Positions 12,700 through 24,127 of a stretch of DNA of 42,975 bases are shown in pieces. Each line of letters starts with the position of its first letter. Positions within the stretch are counted from its first letter, which is position 1. Below the pieces are notes generated by a model. It ran no database searches. It worked only from the letters and a program-made list of their open reading frames with translations, and was not told the origin of the DNA. The stretch comes from Chiloscyllium plagiosum (taxonomy: Eukaryota), in the NCBI RefSeq assembly GCF_004010195.1, contig NC_057718.1:14194383-14237357 (forward strand), written 5' to 3'. Position numbers and translations under genes: made by a program.

Positions 12700-13045
12700 T
12701 TGATTTGACTGAGGCATTTAAAATCACGGAGTCAATATGGTGAAGCTGTTTTCATTGGTCAACGGATTTGGTAACTAAAGGCCACAGTGCTAAGATGGTT
12801 GAAGAAATTGCAACAAGAGTGAAACCCTTTTTCACGCGGGGAATGGTTAACAATTCATGGTCTAAGAGACTGGGGGAGGCAAATTCAACTCAGGCATTCA
12901 AGTAGGACTTGGATAAAGACCTTGAGAGAAATAAAACTCCAGAGCCATCTGGGAAAGAATGGAGCTGAGTTGCTGTACCAGAGGACTAGCACAGATATAA
13001 TGTGGGAATGGCCTCATTCTGTGCTGTAACCATTCTCTGATTCAA
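12700..13045 (+). mobile_element. Degenerate CR1 3' end
   Basis: GATTTGACTGAGGCATTTAAAATC (DLxExFKI); tail GAATGGCCTCATTCTGTGCTGTAACCATTCT. Confidence 0.6.
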
Positions 13046-13589
13046 AACTTTGTAGATGTATGAAAATCTGGAGCAAAAAGAGGTAAATGCATCATTCGCG
13101 CATTCAGGTCAGAACAATAAAGGATATTGGCCTGAAACGTGACAGCTGTTCTGTGCTCTCTCTGTCTTTGCACAGTTGCTACCTGGGATATTGAGTATCT
13201 TGTGTCCGATTTTGACCTGTAGCATTCTGCCCTTCAGAGAAGCTGCATCTTGTGATGGAATGCTGGGACGGGAGAGGTTTGTCCACAGAAATAGTCACTT
13301 TATTTGTGAGGGTAGAGGCTGCAAACTGCTCTCATGTATTCATTCCAGTGAATCCATCAACCCCTTCTGATCCATAGTCTGAGACATTGCAAAGCCTCCC
13401 CGATCACCTTCTGGATTTGTGATTGGCGGGACCATTCCAACCTTGGTGCCAAGCAGTTTTTTGTTAGTGTTTCAGACCCTCATGTCTAAACTTTCACCAC
13501 CTCCCAGCTCCCTAATGTTCACCTCCTTTCTGCTTGCCATCCATTCTTATTGCTGCAGCAGGCCACATGTTGAGCATCATGTGCTATGA

Positions 13590-14166
13590 GAGTTTGATTT
13601 GATTTATTACTGTCACGTGTATGGAGATACAGTGAAAACTGTTGTCTTACGTGCTTAGCTGGCCGATTGTACCAAACAAATGGGTCAGACTAACAGAGCA
13701 GAGTGCAGCATACAATGTTACAGCTGCTGAAAAGATGCAGAGAGAGATTAACATTGAGGACTGCAGATGCTGGACCTCACAGTCGCGAGTGTGGTGCTGG
13801 AAAAGCACAGCAGGTCAGGCAGCACCTGAGGAGCAGGGGATTTGATGTTTCGAGCAAAAGCCCTTCATCAGGAAAGCCCTGATGAAGGGCTTATGTCTGA
13901 AACGTCGATTGTCCTGCTCCTCAGATGCTCCCTGATCTACTGTGCTTTTCCAACATGACACTCTCGACTGTGAGGTCCATTCAGAAGTCTGATAACAGCG
14001 GGGAAGAAGCTGGCCTTGAATCTGTTCATAAGTGTATTCTTTACCTTTTGCCTGATGGAAGACGGTGGGAGACTGGATAAGGGGGGTGGGAGGAGTCTTT
14101 GAATTCCCGAGGCAGTGGGAAGTATGGATGAAGTCAGTGGATAGGAAGCTGGCTTGTGTGATGGAC
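13590..14166 (-). mobile_element. LINE 3' end (Rex1/Babar-like, tentative) interrupted by the Penelope palindrome
   Basis: Starts with TTTGATTTGATTTATT tail; resumes GTCCATTCAGAAGTCTGATAACAGCGGGGAAGAAGCTG after the insert. Confidence 0.5.
13756..13970. mobile_element. Head-to-head pair of Penelope terminal fragments with two hammerhead motifs
   Basis: ~100-bp arms; centre GCCCTTCATCAGG aaagc CCTGATGAAGGGC. Confidence 0.9.
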
Positions 14167-14180
14167 TGTAGTCTCTTTCA

Positions 14181-14389
14181 AGATTAGCATGGTGCTAGAA
14201 AAGCACAGCAGGTCAGGCAGCATCCGAGGAGTAGGAAAATTGACATTTCAGGCAAAAGCCCTTCATCAGGAATGTGTTTGCCCGAAACATCGATTTTCCT
14301 GCTCCTCGGATGCTGCCTGACCTGCTGTGCTTTTCCAGCACCACTCTAATCTTGATTCTAATCTCCAGCATCTACAGTACCCACTTCTG
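14181..14389. mobile_element. Penelope terminal fragment with inverted 5' part
   Basis: Inverted arms; TSD TGTAGTCTCTTTCA (14167-14180) / TGTAGTTTCTTTCA (14390-14403). Confidence 0.85.
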
Positions 14390-15914
14390 TGTAGTTTCTT
14401 TCAGCCTGTTCACTGAATGATCTCTCCACTGCCTGCTGGAGGCTGTTTACGTAAATGTGAAACTGATAATTTGCAAACTGGGAAAACCACACCATACATG
14501 GAGTTCTACCAGTCCTCGGGGATCCCTTTTCCATATAAACGATTCCCTATAATCAAAGAGTTATCTGCAGAAAATAAATTGTGGGCTGTAGTTGAAGGAT
14601 TTGGATTTAGTTTTAGAGGTGACCCATATAATTTATTCAAGATCCCCCCCCCCATTCAATCAAGTGATGTGTCTCATAGATTCATTACGGCAAAGAATTT
14701 AGTCCATCAAATCGTGTAGAGAATCCAGTGAGTCCCATTTCCTCAAAATGGAGGGGATGTGTGCAGTAGGATTTGCTTCCCCCCCCCCCCACCGACGTTC
14801 CAGCCTCCAGGCCCCCCCTGTGCCTGAGGCACCCACACATGTACAGTGGGTGACCGACCCATGTGTTCAAACGATAAATCAGTCCCTAATTGTGCAGCGA
14901 TAAGCATTGTGATGGAAGGCATGTGAACCCCATGCTAGCTCCAGCGCTCGACAACATATTTCACCAGCACCTTTCCATTGGGCCCCCTGTGTTCCCAGCA
15001 CCACTGGGATTGGCCATACAAACCTATAAGTCAGGAACAGGGGTACATCCCCAGCTTCTCCAGCCTGCTCTACCATTCAGCCGCCAAACACCTTTCACAA
15101 ATCTTTGCTCATCAAGAATCTATCCATCTCAACCTTAAAATTATAGAAAAAGTCTACTTGCACCTTTTCAAAAATGTGGAAAATGAAAAAAACCTAAAAA
15201 TCTATGAAGTTCCGGCCTTGATGGCTGATTTGACACTGATACAGGCCTTGTGTCATCACTGAGATCCAACTGTGTAATACCATCAGCCTCCACTTGCCCC
15301 ATAGACCTCGGCTGTGTTCCCTCTGGGAAGTGACTGCTGCACGGCCCTGTTTCAGAATTGGATTTTATTTGGAGTGCGAGACAGCTGAAGGCTGGCCCAT
15401 TTGTGGTATTGCTTTCCCTGCACAAGGAGCCTGTCAGTGCTGGGTCACATGATATTGCTGGCTGGCCCATTGTTGGGAGAGTTGGCTTTTAATTATTAGA
15501 TACCATCTTACTAAGTGGCCTCTTTTGTAACTGTAAAAACAATATATCACTTTACAGCACCACTTACTGCACTATTTCCTTGTTTAAATAAACCTCAGGA
15601 GCTACTGGATGTTGGCCAAGGTTGATAAGATGTGTTGAAAGCTCTTGGCTTCAAGTAAGATGCCAGCACTTTTCTGGGGGAGCACTCCAAGGAATTTGTT
15701 TCCCCTTCCCCGCTCAGCCTTTTTTAAAATCATGTTAGGAGTTGATCCCCCTAGTGAATTCCTTCCACTATGTATGTGGGAACAGTGACAGACAGAGAAC
15801 CAGTCTTTGGTCCAGACTGCCTTGTAAAGTCTCAATCCTCCCAGTACCATAGTTTACCCTTCCTCCCACTGCCTGAATCCAGGGTGATCTCCTGGGTGAC
15901 TCAGACATATTGCC

Positions 15915-16109
15915 GAGTCGAGAGTGTGGTGCTGGAAAAGCACAGCAGGTCAGGCAGCATCCGAGGAGCAGGAGAGTGCCCCATTCCTGATGAAGGGCTC
16001 ATGCCCGAAACATTGATTTTCCTGCTCCTCGGATGCTGCATGACCTGCTGTGCTTTTCCAGCACCACACACTCACCTCGGATCTCCAGACCTGTAGTCCT
16101 CACTTCTCC
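15915..16109. mobile_element. Penelope terminal fragment with inverted 5' part and hammerhead motif
   Basis: Inverted arms around attcCTGATGAagggctcatgcccGAAAcattgatt. Confidence 0.85.
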
Positions 16110-16212
16110 ATGTCAGCAATATTCCCAAGCCAACTTGGGAAAACAAATACAACTGGGAAATTGTGCACTGATGCCTATAGAAGAACACTACTAGTCCAGG
16201 GAACACTTTATT

Positions 16213-16315
16213 CTCGTGGTGCAGTGGTAGTATTCCTATCTCTGAGCCAGGAGGCTGAGTTCAAGCCCTGTCTGCTTCAGGTGTGTGTAATAACATCTCT
16301 GAATGAGTTGATTAA
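16213..16315 (+). mobile_element. Short tRNA-derived SINE
   Basis: A box GTGGTGCAGTGGTAG, B box GAGTTCAAGCCC; reverse copies at 23715-24036. Confidence 0.6.
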
Positions 16316-17025
16316 CAAGAAATCTATTCCGGCCTACTTTGCTGTGATAAGGGTGTCCACCTCAGAATGGCTACAGCTCAGGAGGAGGCCATTCGGACCA
16401 TCATCTGTGTGTTGGAAATGATCTCTGCTTCGGCCTGGAGTAAGCCCATCTGTAGCCTGAAGAGATCCAATGAATCAGTGTCCACCATGTAAGAGATGGC
16501 AATCTGTTCCAGTGATCCAATGTTTTCTTGGGGTTGAAGGATGACCAACTCCTGACATTTTCCCTAGAAATCCTGACGGCGGAAGATGTTCCATTCGATC
16601 TATTTGGTGTAAGTCCCACCGGGGGGTTGTTCAGCTGCTGGAGTCTTACTGCAAAAAGGAACTTTTCATCTACTCCCCATCACGACACAATCACACGAAA
16701 GCCTAACCTCAAAGGAACAATAGTTTGCACAAGAAGAAAGGCCTGATTCTTTAGCAATTGGACTCTGGTTAGTGAATGCATTGCCAGGGAGAATGTACCA
16801 AGGAATGGTTGATCACTTTGTTTCATATCCTGTGTTGCTGGACAGTGTCACCTCAATTGAAAGAGTCTGTGGACTTCAGGATATCAGCCTCAATACAGTG
16901 GTTTTCAAGAGATGTCATGAATCTCATACACCTGTCAGAACCCTGCATTTGCTAAGTCTGGGTACCAAAATGATTCCATTTTAAATAAAATAAGTAATAA
17001 TATAAGAAAGAATTACACTTTTTTT

Positions 17026-17315
17026 TAGATTAGATTAGTTACAGTGTGGAAACAGGCCCTTCGGCCCAACAAGTCCACACCAACCCTCCGAAGAGAACCC
17101 ACCCAGACCCGTTCCCTTACACCTAACACTATGGGCAATTTAGCATGGCCAATTCACCTAACCTGCACATTTTTTTGGACTATGGGAGGAAACCGGAGGA
17201 AACCCATGCAGACACAGGGAAAATGTGCAAACTCCACACAGACAGTTGCCTGAGGTGGGAATTGAACCCAGGTCTCTGGCGCTGTGAGGCAGCAGTACTT
17301 GCCACCGTGCCACCC
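17026..17315 (-). mobile_element. HE1-type V-SINE
   Basis: Reverse complement of tRNA head and V domain; (TCTAA)n-type tail seen as TAGATTAGATTAG. Confidence 0.9.
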
Positions 17316-17449
17316 GTTTATATGACTTCAGGATACCCTGAAATGCATAATAATGAACAAAGCCTATTGGATGTGAAAGTGCTGCAGTCAGTGTGCACTC
17401 AGTAATGTAACAATCTGACCGTGTTGCCAAGAGGTTGGGATAGGCATTG

Positions 17450-17672
17450 GTCAGCAGGCAACGGAGTTAACCCCTGCTCTTCCTGAGATAGTGCTGGGGT
17501 TTCTTTGCCTTCCAAACTGAGAAAAGACAGGCCCTTGGTTCAGTGGCTCATCCGAAGGTTGGGCCCTTTTAGCAGTGCAACACTTCCACACCACCACACT
17601 GGAGAGTTGCCCTGGGTTAGTGTGGGCTCTGGTACCCTGACCTTTCTGACTGAGTGCTACCCCACTGAACTG
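17450..17672 (-). mobile_element. Deu-domain SINE fragment (SacSINE1/AmnSINE-like)
   Basis: Minus strand TTCGGATGAGCCACTGAACCAAGGGCCTGTC ... GGAAGAGCAGGGG resembles the Deu core. Confidence 0.6.
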
Positions 17673-18114
17673 CATTAGGACGGTAGCTGTGTACTCAAGG
17701 ATGGCAGGGATATGTTGGTAAGGAAATGTGTGATGAAATAAGTGGGGTGGGAGCAGGTGTACATACACCAGACCAGGCTTGCTGGGCTGAATGGCCTTTG
17801 CCTATGCTGTAATTCCTGTTGCGCATCTGTTGGCTCCTCTCAGGATGGTCGTCATAGGGTGAATCAACACCTTCAGGAATTGAGGGGAGTGTTTTGGCAA
17901 GGCCCTTGAAGACAGACCGTCATAGCCATGGGCGTCCTCAGAAACACCCTCATGTGAGCCGCTAAGAAGGGATGAGAAGTACGTTTTCCATTCTGCCTTT
18001 TTATGGATCACCAGGAAGGAGGAAGCCTACAGTCTTCCCGTACGTCACCAAGATGGATGCCTGGAGGGACCTTCTGTCTGACAAAAATCTAAAGCCTTAA
18101 CCCTGTTACTCTCT

Positions 18115-18320
18115 CATAGAAGATAGGAGCAGGAATTGGCCTTTTGGGTCAACTCTGCCATTCCTTATGATCATGGATGATTGTCTAACTCAATACCCTG
18201 TTCCCACTTTCTCCTGATACGCCCTGAGAACGATGTATAAAGCATCCAATGTTTTGGCCTCAACTTCTTTCTGTGATTGAGAATCTGGGTGAAGAAATTT
18301 CTCCTCATCTTAGTCTTTAG
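18115..18320 (-). mobile_element. CR1 3' end fragment
   Basis: ATAGGAGCAGGAATTGGCC...CTGGGTGAAGAAATTTCTCCTCATCT, parallel to 31510-31770. Confidence 0.7.
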
Positions 18321-18324
18321 TAGT

Positions 18325-19414
18325 TTAGATCACATGGAATCCAGGAAGAGATAACCATTTGGATACAAATTTGGCTCGAAGGTAGGAGACAGAGGGTGGT
18401 GGTGGAGGATTGTTTTTCAGACTGGAGGCCTGTGACCAATGGTGTGCTGCAAGGATCGGTACTGGGCCCATTGCTTTTTGTCATTTATAAATGATCTGGA
18501 TGTGAATATATGAGGAATGGTTAGTAAGTTTGCAGAGGATATCAAAATCGGTGGTATAATGGACAGTGAAAAAGCTATTTTAGAGTACAATGGGACCTTG
18601 ATCAGCTGTGCCAATGGGCCGAGAGGTGACGGATGGAGTTTAATTTAGATAAATGTGATATGCTGCATTTTGGAAAGGCAAATCAGGGCAGGACTTACTC
18701 AGAATTGTACTGGGGAGTGTTGCTGAGCAAAGAGAACTTGGGGTGCAGGTTCCTAGTTCCTTGAAGATGGAGTCACATGTAGTCAGGGCAGTGAAGAAGG
18801 TTTTTGGTGTATTTGCGTTTATTGGATTGAATACAGAAGTTAGGATAAAGTGAGAACTGCAAATATAGGAGTTGGGAGGTCATGCTGTGACTGTATAGGA
18901 AATTGGTTAGGCCACTTTTTGAAGACAACGTTCACTTCTGGCTTTCCTGCTATAGGAAGGATGCTGTGAAACTTGAAAGGCTGCAGAAGTGATTTACAAG
19001 GGTGTTGCCAGGGTTGGAGGATTTGAGCTATAGGGAGAGGTTAAATAGGCTGAGGCTGTTTTCCCTGGAGCGTCGGCGGCTGAGGGGTGACCTTATAGAG
19101 GTTTACAAAATTATGAGGGGCATGAATAGGGTCAACATCTTTAGGGTGAGAGGGAAACCATTCAAAAGAGACCTAAGGGGCAACCTTTCATGCAGAGGGT
19201 GGTGCATGTATGAAATGAGCTGCCAGAAGAAGTGGTGGAGGCTGGTACAATTACAACATTTGAAAGGCACCTGGATGGGTACATCAATAGGAAGAGTTTG
19301 GAGGGATATGGGCCAAGTGTTGGTAAATGGGACTGGATTATATGAAGGTATCTGGTTGACATGGATGAGTTGGACTGAAGGGTCTGTTTCCGTGCTGTAC
19401 ATCTCTGTGACTCT
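18325..19414 (+). mobile_element. 5'-truncated CR1 LINE, RT pseudogene
   Basis: [50 protein letters not shown] and MLPGLEDLSYRERLNRLRLFSLERRRLRGDLIEVYKIM, with stops and frameshifts. Confidence 0.93.
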
Positions 19415-20329
19415 GCAACTATGTCTATTTCCTTGAAAACATTCAGTGTTTTGGTCTCTGAAATTTCTCCTCATTTTAATCCTGAGTAGAGTACCCCACG
19501 TCCTTAGACTGTGACCCTTGTTCTGGAACCTTCCTAGTTGTTTCCATGGACTGTCCTGGACATGCTGAGTTTTTCCAGCTATGTTTTTAATTGTTAATCT
19601 CAGATTTCCCAGCATTTGCGATCTTTTGGTTTTGTCTTGTTGCGTACTCTTGCGTATTGTGATCACATGGCTCTGATAGCGAAAGTTTCCTGCTGGAGGA
19701 GCTGAGATGTGACCGAGTTTGGATTGTTGAAGTGAAAAAAGTTGGGGTTGGGATGGAGGGTTAAGTACAGTGGGAAGCATCAGCAGTCTCCACTGCTCCA
19801 TTACCTGCCTCCCAGTATCTGCATTGATCGTCAGGCTTAATGTGAATTTAACTCAACACATTCCAAGACGTACACTTGAAAAACTCATGGAGGATGAATA
19901 AATTCTTTCATTCTCATTCTTAGCTGCTGATCACAGCTCTCAATTCAGATGATTCATTACACAATAATACCTCAGAAAACCGACCTTGTTTCCTGTGAGA
20001 GTTTAATGGTGATGTATTTAATTCTCAGTCCTTTCTGTATCTCTTTTCCATTTGGTCTGATTTATTGTGGATGAAGTACTGCCAGCCTACACACAATATG
20101 GGTCTGTTATTTAAGAGACCTGAATGCCCAACTGTCTCCTCCCAAATTCATTTAGTTCTTTCTTAAACAAAATCTACACATCCGATGGGAAAGGCCCTGC
20201 TCATGAAATCACACAAACAGAAGGAGGCCATTCAACCCATCAGCTCCTTGAAAGCATTATCTAATCAGTACCATTCCCCATCCCTTTCCAACGCAACTGT
20301 ACAAATGATTTTGTTTTCCCTTTCATGGA

Positions 20330-21380
20330 CTGTGGTTCAGTATTTGAGGAAATGCAGTTGGAGGTGCTGTCTTTCAAATGGAAGTACAAACCGAAAAACC
20401 AACAACTCACCCTCTCAAGTAACACGACACCTTGCCAGACCATAGCAACACGACATATTGCCAGACCATAGCAACACGATACATCGCCAGACCATAGCAA
20501 CACGACAATGCAGGTCCTTGGACTCCTGCATCATCAGACCATAGCAACACGACATTGGGGAGACAGGCCGCCTACTTGTGGAACGTTTCAGAGAACACAT
20601 CTGGGACACCCGGACCAACCAACCCAACCACCCCGTGGCTCACCACTTCAACTCCCCCTCCGACTCCACCAAGGACATGCAGGTCCTTGGAGTCCTCCAT
20701 CGCCAGACCATAGCAACACGACGGCTGGAGGAAGAGCGCCTCACCTTCCGCCTAGGAACCCTCCAACCACAAGGGATGAACTCAGATTTCTCCAGTTTCC
20801 TCATTTCCCCGCCCCCCACCTTGTCTCAGTCGCAACCCTCGAACTCACCACCACCTTCCTAACCTGCAATCTTCTTCCTGACCTCTCCGCCCCCACACCC
20901 ACTCTGGCATATCACCCTCACCTTAACCTCCTTCCACCTATCGCATTTTCAATGCCCCTCCCCCAAGTCCCTCTTCCCTACCTTTTATTTTAGCCTGCTT
21001 GACACACTTTCCTCATTCCTGAAGAAGGATTCATGCCCGAAATGTCGATTCTCCTGCTCCTTGGATGCTGCCTGACCTGCTGCGCTTTTCCAGCAACACA
21101 TTTTCAGCTCCCTCTCAAGTAGACTCAGAAAGAAGAGTGTTGGTTCTATTTAAGGGGAAAACAGTGCCGTTTCCCCTGGTCAATGTGGATTCCACGTCCA
21201 ACATCACTAAAGTGGATTGTCACGTCTTTGTCACAGTGAGAGCTTGCTTTGCACAAATTGGCTGAAATCTTTCTTAAAGTGACTACACTTTGAAAACTAT
21301 TCTATTTGGCTGTAAAGTGTTTTGGGACCTTCTGCGGTCTTAAAGGTGCTACATAAAATCAGATGATTCAGTCTTGTTTC
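20330..21380 (+). mobile_element. Deu-domain SINE split by the Penelope insertion
   Basis: GGAGGTGCTGTCTTTCAAATG..AAACCGA before the insert; GAGCTTGCTTTGCACAAATTGGCTG..GTGACTACACTT..GGCTGTAAAG after it. Confidence 0.65.
20422..21109 (+). mobile_element. 5'-truncated Penelope-like element (GIY-YIG C-terminus plus terminal repeat)
   Basis: IGETGRLLVERFREH..HPVAHHFN..RRLEEERLTFRLGTLQPQGMN; 12-bp TSD CCCTCTCAAGTA at 20410-20421 and 21110-21121. Confidence 0.93.
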
Positions 21381-21789
21381 TTCTCCTCTCTTTGGAGATT
21401 TATCTTGAGTTTGCATCAACAGTGTTTTCAGTGGTGTCCCAGATCACAACAATTTGCTTCTGTATTTATTTTTTCCCACGTATCTCCATTCATCCTTTTT
21501 CTCAGTTATCTTAAACCTGTCTCTGCTGACCCTCCTGCCAATTTTGTCTTGTTTACTCAATCAGAACCCTTCATGAATCTGAGCAGCTCACCAAATCTCT
21601 GCATGATCTATTTTGTCCAAAGTTCTCAGTTTCACTCGTCTCTCCATGTGCAGTTGCAGTAAACAGTTCACCACCTGCTCTAGCAAGCCCTCTCTCCTTC
21701 CTGAAGTGTTTGTGATCTCACCCACAGTAAGGTGGGTGTTTATTATGGCTGTTATTTCATGAATACAAATCCCCAAAGTCAAATGATCT

Positions 21790-22455
21790 CCTCTTCACAT
21801 GCTGAGTTCAAGGTGATCTAATTCTTGATTTACCTTCAGGTTATTTCCCCTTGTGGGTGAGTCTAGGACCAGAGGGTAGAATCTCAGAACACTGTACATT
21901 TAAGATAGAGTCATGAAGGTAAACAGCATGGAAGGAAACTCTTCGGCCCAACTCGTCCATTCTAACCAGGTTTCCTAACTGAACTAGTCCCATTTCCTGC
22001 ATATCCCCCTAAACCTTTCCTATCCATGTACCTGTCCAAATGTCTTTTTTATGTTGTAATTGTACTCACCTCTATCATTTCATTTGGCAGCTCCATTCCA
22101 CATACACACCACCCTCTGTGTAAAAGAGTTGCCCCTCAGGTTCATTTTAAATCTTTCCCCTCTCACCTTAAACCGAGTTTTGGACTGCGCTGCTTTGCTA
22201 GAGATAAGAAGGAGTTTAATCTCTCAGAGATTTGTGAATCTGTGGGATTCTTTACACAGAGGGTTGTGAAGGCTGGGTCATTAAGTATATTCAAGGCTGA
22301 GATAGACTGAATTTTAATCAGTCAGGGGATCGAGGGTCATAAGGAAAAGGCAGGAAAGCAGAGTTGAAGATTACCAGATCAGTCATGATCTCATTGAATG
22401 GCGGAACAGGCTCAATGGGCAGAATGGTCTACTTGTGCTGCTACATCCTATGGTG
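21790..22455. mobile_element. Nested CR1 3' fragments: + strand host with - strand insert at ~21906-22172
   Basis: GAGTCTAGGACCAGAGGG..TTTAAGATAGAG resumes as GAGATAAGAAGGAGTTT..; insert carries CACCACCCTCTGTGTAAAAGAGTTGCCCCTCAGG. Confidence 0.7.
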
Positions 22456-23021
22456 TCAAAAACCCGCTTTCTTTAGATTGTTTCAGTTCTTGGGTGTTTG
22501 TTGGGTCTTTCTCACAGATGTCCTGGGATTGAAAGAATTGTGTGGCAGTGAGGGGTGGGTGAAGTCAACCTCAACTGTTTGACTGGTTGTATAAAATGGT
22601 GGAGAGCATGTGCTGAAGAACATATTACTAGGGTTACATAGGCACCTTATGTGCTTTTAGCAGGATATTTTCCCTGAAGTGACAATGCTCATGGGATCCC
22701 TTGCAAAATAAGAAACTCGGTTTGGATAACATGGTGTTGAAAGATGCCAACGAACTTTATTGCAGCTAGCTTTTAGATACAGTTGTTCTACAAGCACAAA
22801 GGTATCTGAGCGAATTAACCAATTTGGATACAAAAGAGGAGCATCTTTGAACAGAGTGCCATGAATCAAGTGATCTCACGTAAGATGCTGTCTGAGACCT
22901 TTATACCCCATGTAACATGCTATGGTAAGGTGATTATATCATGAGCATGTCTCTTAGAGGCATACTCTTACAGATATTCTGACTGAGCTATCCCACTGCA
23001 GCATCAAACATGACCACCCTT

Positions 23022-23360
23022 ACGCATGGCTCAGTGGTTAGCACTGCTGCCTCACAGCAGCAGGGACCTAGGTTCGATTCCACCCTCGGTTGACTCTCTG
23101 TGCAGAATTTGCACATTCTCTCCGTGTCTGCGTGGGTTTCCTCCGGGTGCTCTGGTTTCCTCCCACATTCCAAAGATGTACAGGTTAGGGTGGATTGGCC
23201 ATGCTAAATTGCCTATAGGATCCAGGGTGTATAGGCTAGGTGGGTTAGCCATGGGAAATACAGGGTTACAGGGAAAGGGTGGGGGATTTGGTCTGGGTGG
23301 GAGGTCAGTGTGGACTCAATGGGCCGAATGGCTTGTTTCCACACTGCAGGGATTCGATGA
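23022..23360 (+). mobile_element. HE1-type V-SINE, near full length
   Basis: TGGCTCAGTGGTTAGCACTG A box, GGTTCGATTCC B box, V domain, CCACACTGCAGGGATTC tail. Confidence 0.92.
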
Positions 23361-23430
23361 TTTTAAAGGAACAGAGAGAGTCCTCAAGGCTTAGGGAGAG
23401 AATTCCAACGCTTAGTGCCTACGCAACTGA

Positions 23431-23462
23431 ATGTTTAAAATTGGGATGTTTAAAATTGGGAT
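23431..23462. repeat. 15-bp tandem duplication
   Basis: ATGTTTAAAATTGGG x2. Confidence 0.85.
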
Positions 23463-24037
23463 AACAAAAGAGGTCACGTAAAAGGAGCACAGATATCTCA
23501 GGGGGTTTACCGAGATAATAGGGGCAAGAGAAGCCATGAATGGATTCATGGATAAGGATGAACATTTAGAATTCAGGACAATCTCCCTATCACTGACTAC
23601 CCCCAGCTCTGAAAATGATTAGGACTTTTTTTTGTTGTTGTATCAGTTGTTTAAATTACCAGGCAGCCTCTCAAGGAGCTTTATTAGTGTTCTCATTTCA
23701 GATATCTTTCAATCAACTCCTTCAGAAATGGTATGACACAACTCCAGACCAACTGGGACTTGAACCTTCTGGTAGAGTGACAGGGACACCACAACAGCAC
23801 TGCCCCCTCCCCCAATATTCCAGTTTGTCTCCTTCCTATATATTTCCTAATCATACTGTACAGAGATGTTATGATACACTCTAGAGCAGATGGGACTTGA
23901 ACCCAGCTCTAGCTAGAGGTAAGGATACTACCACGGTATCACAAGGGCCCCCTTCCATATTCCATTCAGAGTAGATATTTTTAATCAACTAGTTTAGAAA
24001 TGTCCTTGCATGCTTTTGGAGCAGGTGGGGCTTTAAT

Positions 24038-24127
24038 CTGCTCCTTGGATGCTGCCTGACCTGCTGTGTTTTTCCAGCACCACTCTCATCTAAACTCTGA
24101 TTTCCAACATCTGCAGTCCTCACTTTT
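24038..24127 (+). mobile_element. Penelope terminal fragment
   Basis: CTGCTCCTTGGATGCTGCCTGACCTGCTG...CTGCAGTCCTCACTTTT. Confidence 0.85.

Noticed and set aside
20422..20553. CRISPR-like array of ~20-nt repeats with variable linkers
   Set aside because: Eukaryotic context, linkers mostly ~5-6 nt, repeat derives from the adjacent Penelope ORF, no cas genes
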